In this document: in pieces, positions 25,967-32,406 of the stretch | Layout: each line of letters opens with the position of its first letter | Position numbering within the stretch: position 1 is the first letter of the stretch | Source: Candidatus Sulfobium sp. | GTDB taxonomy: Bacteria > Nitrospirota > Thermodesulfovibrionia > Thermodesulfovibrionales > UBA6898 | Reading direction: 5' to 3' | Length of the DNA: 32,406 nt | NCBI GenBank assembly: GCA_037380845.1 | Contig: JARRRI010000027.1 | Coordinates: forward strand, 1-32,406 | Position numbers and translations under genes: made by a program | Notes under the pieces: generated by a model | What the model was told of the DNA's origin: nothing | What the model saw: only the letters and a program-made list of their open reading frames with translations | Database searches by the model: none

Positions 25967-28900
25967 ATGCGAACAAAGATGATAACACGATGTGCCGGGA
26001 TGGCCTTTGCGGGTGTCGGAGGATCTGATGTGCCGACGGTCACAAGCCCCGTTGTCGTAGGGCAAACGGGCTTGAACTGGTCTTTCGAGATAACAAACCA
26101 GTCGTCAACGCCGAACGACGTGAACACTATGCAGATCACCGATGCCATCACTGCAAATACCGGCATCTATTTCACGACCACCTGCGGCAGTGCTCTCACC
26201 CCGGCGTTACCCTGCCCCGGAGGGGCGCAGGAAGCACCCAATACAATCACGATAAACCCGCTGATCGCAACAGGCGGGGCGGGAACCGCCTGTGCCGGCG
26301 TCACCTTCACCGTTGCTCCCACGGCTGTTCCGAACGAATATTCATTTACCCCGGATACAACGGTCATCCTCGGAGACAGCGCCACCGGCGGAGCTGCGGC
26401 GACATGCGTAGTGAACTTCACGGTTGACGTCAACACCGAACCCGTCAACGATTCCTCAGGCAGCGCCGGCCTGCAAACCTCTCAGCTGGCACGGGTAAGC
26501 ATGGAAGACACTCAAACGGCAGAAAACGGGTTTGCTGCCGGTTCTTCGACGGTAGCGGTACAAACGCCCTGCCTCCACGTCGAGAAGAGCTGTACCGACG
26601 CTGCGACCTGTGTCGATGATATTCAGGTATCGGTTACCGCCACAAACTGCGGCACCGAGGCCCTCAACACATTGTCGGTAGTGGACAATATGGCGGGCAC
26701 CCTGACATGCGCTGCGACCACGCTGGCACCCGACGCCTCAACAACCTGCACCGGCTCCTACAGTGGTGTTGTCGGGGGAGACTCCACCGACACCATAACG
26801 GCAAGCGCCGTGGGCGCCGTTGACGGCGCAACTGTCGACGCGGATGGCACTTCCATTCTTGAGGCCACCTGCTCCACGCCTGACTGTCCTGCGTCTCTGG
26901 CTATCAGCAAGACCTGTACTGACGCTGCTACCTGCGTTGATAGCGCAGACTTCACGGTCACAGTCACGAACGACTGCGTCGGCGCGACCTGCCAGGCCGT
27001 AAATAACATCACGGTGACGGATGGCGATTGCACACTGACCCCTGATCCCTCGACGCCTTTCGACCTCGCTGTGGGGGCAAATAAGGTGTTCACCTGCTCC
27101 ATTCCAAGCCCGACACCAGGCACGTCAGCCGACGTTACTAACACCGCGAACGCATCGGGCACAGCGGCTCTCACGGGGGATACCGTAAACGCCACCCCTG
27201 ACCCGACTAACAGTGCGACGTGTAACATCCCGGGTTGTCCTGTGTCTCTGGCTATCAGCAAGACATGTACTGACGCTGCCACCTGCGTTGATAGCGCAGA
27301 CTTCACGGTCACAGTCACGAACGACTGCGTAAGCACTACGGGCAATCCGTGCCAGGACGTCAACAACATCACGGTGACGGATGGCGATTGCACACTGACA
27401 CCTGATCCCTCGACGCCTTTCAATCTCACTGAGGGATCTTCGAAGGTGTTCACCTGCTCCATTCCAAGCCCGACACCGGGCGTGTCAGCCGACGTTACTA
27501 ACACCGCAACTGCATCGGGCACGGCGGCTGTTACGGCCGTTACCGTAGACGCCACACCTGACCCGACTAACAGTGCGACATGTAACATCCCCGGCTGTCC
27601 TTGCCAGGTACAGATCACCAAGACAGTGGCACCTGACGACGGCTCGGGCACCGGCAATACAGCCTGTGACGGCATAGCCGATGGTCCTTTTGTTGAAAGC
27701 GTCACGGTACAGCCCACCGATTGTGTTGTTTATAACATCTGCGTGACCAATAGCTGTACTGACACCGATTGCCAGACTCTCGACACGACCGGTGTGACGG
27801 TCAGCGATGATCACCTGGGGATCGTGACTGAGAACTTCGGCGAAATAGCACCGGGCGCCACCGTTTGCAAACTGGTCGCGAGTGAAATCACCTCGGCAAC
27901 TGCATGCCCGGGTGGTGTATGCGTATGCCAGGATGTGGAAGGGACCAATACCGCTGTGGTCTCCTCTGCAATATGTGAAGATAGCGGGGATAATGCGTGC
28001 GACCAGACCGGGTCAGTCTGCAGCGACACGGCAAACGTTGCCTGCTTGCAGGAAGTCGGCTGCCGGATGACCGGCGGGCACAATAATGACATCACGACTG
28101 TCGACGCCGACTACGAAGGTAACGGCCAGTCTTATACGACCGGCGGTCAGATCGGAGCACCGACCAATGTTGGATGCTGCCCTGAAGGGCCCACTAATCG
28201 CGGGCACAATTCAGACTGTCCGTGGGGCGAGTGGGAGCACAACCATCACGCAGGTCCGGACGACAGTTACATCGCCTCTGGTGGAACTACCGGAATTGCG
28301 GGCGGATCGTTCGCCTTCCATTCGGGAACGGCTTCGGATCCGAAGAGCTCGTTCATCGAGAACATCATCTGCGCAGACCCGGGCTGGTGTGTTCAGGCAA
28401 GGCCTGCTCCTGTCAAACAGATTTACTGGGAAGGCATAGGAGTATTCCACAACATGACAGCCAAGAAGGGTCAGGATGAGCCTCTGCCTTACTTCGAAGC
28501 GTGCGGCGAGGAAGGGCAGCCGGTAGCGTGGAGCAACAAGGTAGATGGGACCCTTCACTACTACAGAGCCCACGTTGGTGATTTTGGAGAACCTGCGGGC
28601 GTAAGGCAGAAGGATCCGTCGGCTTGCACCTGGTCCAACAATCCGGACCTGCAGGCGTGCGTAGGCGGAACAGGCTTGGGTGGTGTAAGCATTTCCGAAT
28701 GCGAGCTGGTAGACGGCTATTGTCCGTTCTCTCCTGCACCTGTTGACCAGAAGTTCACGGATGTTCACCCGCTCTGCACCGCGCAGGACTGCGGCTGCGT
28801 AGAGGACGACGGAACTTGTGATACAAACAAGACCGGATGTCCTGACTACTATGAAATCGAGATACATTGTACAACCGATCCTGCTTCTCCGATCGCGTAC

Positions 28901-29071
28901 AAGGTCGCTCATTTCATTACCCAGGGCAACTTCCAGTTGCATCCTGCGGTTGGCGGCACCTGTAACCCCGATTGCGGCAACGGGATATGCGAACCCTACG
29001 TACCGGAAGCAACTTCTCCGGGCGAGGATTGCGCAAGCTGCCCGGAAGACTGCGGCCCATGTATTGACTGA
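25967..29071 (+). CDS. Large Cys/Thr-rich extracellular protein with Ig-like (DUF11-like) repeats and a Cys-rich C-terminus
   Basis: 1034-aa ORF after SD AGGGGG; repeats SLAISKTC..FTVTVTN..VTNTA; dozens of Cys; ends CGNGICEP..GEDCASCPEDC. Confidence 0.85.
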   Translation: MRTKMITRCAGMAFAGVGGSDVPTVTSPVVVGQTGLNWSFEITNQSSTPNDVNTMQITDAITANTGIYFTTTCGSALTPALPCPGGAQEAPNTITINPLIATGGAGTACAGVTFTVAPTAVPNEYSFTPDTTVILGDSATGGAAATCVVNFTVDVNTEPVNDSSGSAGLQTSQLARVSMEDTQTAENGFAAGSSTVAVQTPCLHVEKSCTDAATCVDDIQVSVTATNCGTEALNTLSVVDNMAGTLTCAATTLAPDASTTCTGSYSGVVGGDSTDTITASAVGAVDGATVDADGTSILEATCSTPDCPASLAISKTCTDAATCVDSADFTVTVTNDCVGATCQAVNNITVTDGDCTLTPDPSTPFDLAVGANKVFTCSIPSPTPGTSADVTNTANASGTAALTGDTVNATPDPTNSATCNIPGCPVSLAISKTCTDAATCVDSADFTVTVTNDCVSTTGNPCQDVNNITVTDGDCTLTPDPSTPFNLTEGSSKVFTCSIPSPTPGVSADVTNTATASGTAAVTAVTVDATPDPTNSATCNIPGCPCQVQITKTVAPDDGSGTGNTACDGIADGPFVESVTVQPTDCVVYNICVTNSCTDTDCQTLDTTGVTVSDDHLGIVTENFGEIAPGATVCKLVASEITSATACPGGVCVCQDVEGTNTAVVSSAICEDSGDNACDQTGSVCSDTANVACLQEVGCRMTGGHNNDITTVDADYEGNGQSYTTGGQIGAPTNVGCCPEGPTNRGHNSDCPWGEWEHNHHAGPDDSYIASGGTTGIAGGSFAFHSGTASDPKSSFIENIICADPGWCVQARPAPVKQIYWEGIGVFHNMTAKKGQDEPLPYFEACGEEGQPVAWSNKVDGTLHYYRAHVGDFGEPAGVRQKDPSACTWSNNPDLQACVGGTGLGGVSISECELVDGYCPFSPAPVDQKFTDVHPLCTAQDCGCVEDDGTCDTNKTGCPDYYEIEIHCTTDPASPIAYKVAHFITQGNFQLHPAVGGTCNPDCGNGICEPYVPEATSPGEDCASCPEDCGPCID
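26885..27595 (+). repeat. Tandem intragenic duplication (351 bp and 360 bp units)
   Basis: Units start TGTCCTG(C/T)GTCTCTGGCTATCAGCAAGAC at 26885 and 27236 and share long identical stretches; the second has a 9-bp insertion. Confidence 0.92.
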
Positions 29072-29164
29072 CAGGCATAGGTCGCCGGCAAGGCGAAGCG
29101 GGCACCGAAAGGTGCCCGCCTTCCTGATGACAACACTTTTGACGATGAATTTTTCAGCAAAAAG

Positions 29165-29191
29165 AGGGGCGAGCAATCGCCCCCTTTTTTT
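29165..29191 (+). terminator. Intrinsic terminator
   Basis: AGGGGCGA-GCAA-TCGCCCCT followed by a T-run; an A-run lies upstream. Confidence 0.8.
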
Positions 29192-29382
29192 GAGTAAAAG
29201 TTTGACCAGAGATTGATGACAAAGAGACTTTGAAGCTCATGCGGTTCGGGAAGAGACAAGTCCGCGACCGGTCCCTGGCTCGCAGGACTCAATGTGAGTT
29301 ATTCCTTGACTTTTACTAACAACCATGCGATGCTGATAGAAGCTTTTTATCTGAATCCAAAAAATCAGAGGAGGAAGGATTG

Positions 29383-30168
29383 ATGCAGAGAAGGTTAGTT
29401 TTAACGGTGTTGGCATTATTTGCGTTCGTTTTTCTTCAAGCACACCCCGGATTTGCGCAGAGCGGTCAAGACATCCAGTCACTGAAGAAGGATGTGGAGT
29501 CTCTCAAGGCTGGGCAGAAGACAATAGAGAAAGAGATCCAGGGCCTGAAAAAGCTCTTACAGGCCAGACAGGCGCCGCGGGCGCGGGCGGCTGCACCGTT
29601 CAAGGAGACGGAGATCGACATCGATCACGCGCCTTTTAAAGGGAAAAAGGACGCCAAACTGGTACTCGTCGAGTTTTCAGACTATCAATGACCCTTCTGT
29701 GGACGGCACGTCCGTGCGACGGCCCCGCAGATAGAAAAGAACTTTGTGGAAACCGGCAAGATAAAACTTGTCTTCATGGACTTCCCCCTGCCGATGCATA
29801 GCCACGCCATGATGGCGGCAGAGGCCGCCCACTGCGCCGGAGACCAGGGAAAGTACTGGGAGATGCATGACAAGATATTTGAAAACCAGAGGGCGATCAG
29901 CCAGGAAGACCTGGTAAAAGACGCTGCTTCACTGGGTCTGGATCAGGCGAAGTTCAAGGAATGCCTGGATAGCGGAAAGCACCAGGACCAAATTAAAAAA
30001 GATATGGCCGAAGGCAGAAAAGCCGGAATTACCGGCACGCCCTCCTTCCTTGTAGGGTATCCGGAATCGGGAGACAAGGTGAAGGCGGTTAAGAAGATAG
30101 TTGGGGCGCAGCCTTATTCTGCTTTCAAGTCTGCGATAGACGAACTGCTGACGCCTTCGAAGAAGTAG
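29383..30168 (+). CDS. DsbA-like thioredoxin-fold selenoprotein (UxxC)
   Basis: ORFs 29380-29691 and 29746-30168 are in one frame, joined by TGA 29689-29691: EFSDYQ-U-PFCGRH. Also signal peptide, coiled coil, DFPL..H, AAEAAHCAGDQGKYWEMHD, GITGTPSF, GAQPY. Confidence 0.9.
29697..29730 (+). promoter_or_regulatory. Candidate bacterial SECIS element
   Basis: Lower stem CTGTGG/CCGCAG; upper stem GCAC-GTCC-GTGC with loop G at 29710, 19 nt after the UGA. Confidence 0.6.
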
Positions 30169-30197
30169 AGCTTTTACCGCATTTGTGCAAACATCTT

Positions 30198-30236
30198 CCA
30201 GCCCTCTCCCTTTGACGGGAGAGGGCTGGGGAGAGG
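30198..30236. repeat. REP-like palindrome (CCCTCTCCC..GGGAGAGGG type)
   Basis: CCAGCCCTCTCCC-TTTGAC-GGGAGAGGGCTGG then GGAGAGG, between convergent genes. Confidence 0.6.
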
Positions 30237-30423
30237 TTGAACAGATTTAGAGCCTTTCTTTTCCCTTCACAAACAGCAGGATTGCTTGACTGAAAGGGAG
30301 CAGCGACTTCTCCGGCAACAACCGGATTTGCGTCTTGCTTCCGTGGAGTTCGGGATGGCTGACAGCCTGGCCAATTATCTGGAAGAAGGATATATGTTCC
30401 TCAGGACAGGGAATTTTGCTTCC

Positions 30424-32406
30424 CTACAGTCCCTGAAAAGCTGTAAACCAGAATGCCGCTATTCTCCTGGAATCTACGTATGTTCCTCCATGAGTAGTTC
30501 CACCGCCTGATGAAAATCTCCCTTGTAAAGTGTGAAAGCCCGGATATACAGTCTGTCCCCACGAGGTGGCAGCACTATTAGCAAACGCGCCAACTCCATC
30601 AGAAGTCGAGCATGATTCTTCTCTGTCTAAAGAGTCAACAGATACGCCATAGTTCAGTTTTCTGTCAGACTCTGTGCCCTCGCGCGTTGTAGCCACTGCG
30701 ATCAGCAGCAATTCCCGGTCTCCCGAAGTAGTTCTTTGGATTGTAGCTTCAGCATCGTCGACTAATGGATTAGAAGTCGTTGAAACCTGGTTATCGGACT
30801 CTATCAAATCCATTAAGGTGCTGTCGCTAAAAAATAATACTCCAATCTGGCTGTGATCCATGCGGACCGGCTTTGTATCGACGTTGGATGCCCATCTTCC
30901 CTTCACTGCGGTGAGAGTGTGGGAGATTACGTTCTCTGCATGCAGCGTGAACACGCTGTCCATTGTATTACCCCCGTTAGTCGATTTTTCCGCCTGGGAA
31001 TAATCAACAGAGGAAACGGAAATAGCAGCTTTTTTACCCGCGATCCATTCAGTCTCGCTGGGACTTTCTTTGCTGATATTGTAAAGATAAAGGGCTTTGC
31101 CATCCTCGGCAGGGAAATACTTAATGATAGATTCGTTATCGTCAATAAGATCTCCTGAAGAAGTAGTACGTACGGCGGAGGATTCTATGAATCTAAAACC
31201 GGCACCATCAAAAACATAAATTAACAAAATTCTGTCACTGATTGTTACGGTAGACAAATTGTCGGGACTTGCAAAACGACCCTTGACCGTATGCTCTCCT
31301 TCTCCTAAAGTACCGATCCAGAATATCTGATTCCGTGCGGACTGATCAGGAATTGACGGCGTATCATAGCTCTTCGAGTGGTCAACTCCGTCAACAGAAA
31401 TGGCATGGCCTATTCCCCAATATCCGAGGGCGGTATTTTCTTTATTGTGGGCTTGATACAATACCAGAACTGTTTGAGCACCATTAAGAGTAAAGGTACC
31501 GGCTGCTTCAGGATCGTCTACGAAAGTACTTGATGTGGTAGTCGCGGGGGTATCAGACTGAACAATATATTTTGAGTTGAATGTAAGGGGTGTCAATTCT
31601 TCATATCCTGTGGTTGATGTCAGCGTGCAGTCATTTTCACAACCGTCACCATTAACCAGGTTGCCATCATCACACTGTTCTTGCGGATCCAGATTGCCGT
31701 CGCCACAGATTGAGTCCTGCGTTGCAGCAAAGACATGATTTGACCAGCCGGAAGGACCTGTTGAATTCCTGGCACGTATATAGTATTCATAAGTTGATGA
31801 CGGACTTAACCCGTAATCTGAGTAAGAAACGGCATCTGCTCCGACGGTTACAACAACCCAGCCGGTAGAGGGGTGATAACGCCATATCTCGAACAGATCT
31901 TCATTGTCTGAGTTGTCCCGCCAGGTCAGATCTATCTGCGAAGGATAAACTGCCGCGGCTGTGAGATCGCTCGGAGTAGCCGGCAGCAGTGTATCCTGCG
32001 TAATAATATCAACCGTCACGCCAACGGCGACAGAAGTCGAGACGTTGCCGGCGGCATCATAGGCTCTCGCCGTCCATTGGTGTTGGCCGTTATCCATGTT
32101 CGTAAGTGCCCATGCGTAAGTGTAAGGAGATGAAACGACTGCGCCCGCCATAGCACCATTATCATAAAACTCTACCTTACTCACTCCTACATTGTCCGAG
32201 ACAGATGCTGTTATCGGCACTGTTTGCGCTGCTGAGTATGTTGTTCCGGCCGGCGGGGTCACTATGGAGACCGTCGGTGACGTGGTATCCACACCTGAAG
32301 TGGTCACTTTCGCAGGGGATGAATATGGAGAGAACGCTCCCTTTTTTCCCACTGCCCTGACCCTGTAATAATAGGTCATTGCCGCTTCAAGACCTTTGTC
32401 GGTATA
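30424..32406 (-). CDS. 5'-truncated large surface protein: FN3, bacterial Ig-like, FN3, Myxococcus-type Cys-rich repeat, three C-terminal repeats
   Basis: Frame open to the window edge (YTDKGLEAAMTYYYRVRA); DTTSPTVSI..SDNVGVSKVEFY..ARAYDAAGN; LTWRDNSDNE; CGDGNLDPQEQCDDGNLVNGDGCENDC. Confidence 0.88.
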   Translation of the reverse strand, partial: YTDKGLEAAMTYYYRVRAVGKKGAFSPYSSPAKVTTSGVDTTSPTVSIVTPPAGTTYSAAQTVPITASVSDNVGVSKVEFYDNGAMAGAVVSSPYTYAWALTNMDNGQHQWTARAYDAAGNVSTSVAVGVTVDIITQDTLLPATPSDLTAAAVYPSQIDLTWRDNSDNEDLFEIWRYHPSTGWVVVTVGADAVSYSDYGLSPSSTYEYYIRARNSTGPSGWSNHVFAATQDSICGDGNLDPQEQCDDGNLVNGDGCENDCTLTSTTGYEELTPLTFNSKYIVQSDTPATTTSSTFVDDPEAAGTFTLNGAQTVLVLYQAHNKENTALGYWGIGHAISVDGVDHSKSYDTPSIPDQSARNQIFWIGTLGEGEHTVKGRFASPDNLSTVTISDRILLIYVFDGAGFRFIESSAVRTTSSGDLIDDNESIIKYFPAEDGKALYLYNISKESPSETEWIAGKKAAISVSSVDYSQAEKSTNGGNTMDSVFTLHAENVISHTLTAVKGRWASNVDTKPVRMDHSQIGVLFFSDSTLMDLIESDNQVSTTSNPLVDDAEATIQRTTSGDRELLLIAVATTREGTESDRKLNYGVSVDSLDREESCSTSDGVGAFANSAATSWGQTVYPGFHTLQGRFSSGGGTTHGGTYVDSRRIAAFWFTAFQGL

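Noticed and set aside
26758..29176. Long minus-strand ORFs (319 aa, 321 aa)
   Set aside because: Antisense shadows of the 1034-aa gene, expected from its codon bias.
29689..29691. DsbA as a nonsense-mutated pseudogene
   Set aside because: The UGA is exactly at the catalytic Cys position, a SECIS-like hairpin follows, and there are no other lesions; selenocysteine is the simpler explanation.
1..32406. CRISPR array, rRNA, intact tRNA, transposase or integrase genes
   Set aside because: No regularly spaced repeat-spacer pattern or matching motifs were seen by eye.

Overview
Bacterial window, probably from an anaerobic Desulfobacterota- or Nitrospirota-like organism (inferred from a Geobacter-style GEMM riboswitch, a selenoprotein gene and Cys-rich secreted proteins). 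Bases 1-4100 look like accessory DNA: a degenerate AAA ATPase fused to a contractile tail sheath, a tRNA-Glu 3' fragment (probable att site), a BrnT-type toxin-antitoxin pair and a lone attC-like palindrome. Bases 4200-11800 hold enzyme genes (GH15-DUF547 fusion, phosphoribosyltransferase, MEMO/AmrB, GNAT, iron-sulfur flavoprotein, PAP2). From about 12 kb onward the window is dominated by exported proteins: a di-heme peroxidase with a Tat multicopper oxidase, four Cys-rich or Ig-like surface proteins, a CapA-family lipoprotein and a DsbA-like protein with an in-frame UGA (UxxC) plus a SECIS-like hairpin. The best candidate for an undescribed system is at 20759-23564. A c-di-GMP-I riboswitch with an overlapping terminator precedes a 50-aa peptide missing from the ORF track (LEERIAP leader-like motif, GYEGQPGNQGG tail). 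It is followed by an RRE/PqqD-M50 peptidase and an HlyD adaptor, then a PilZ protein and an atypical REC-AraC regulator. All calls come from reading motifs by eye; no searches were run.
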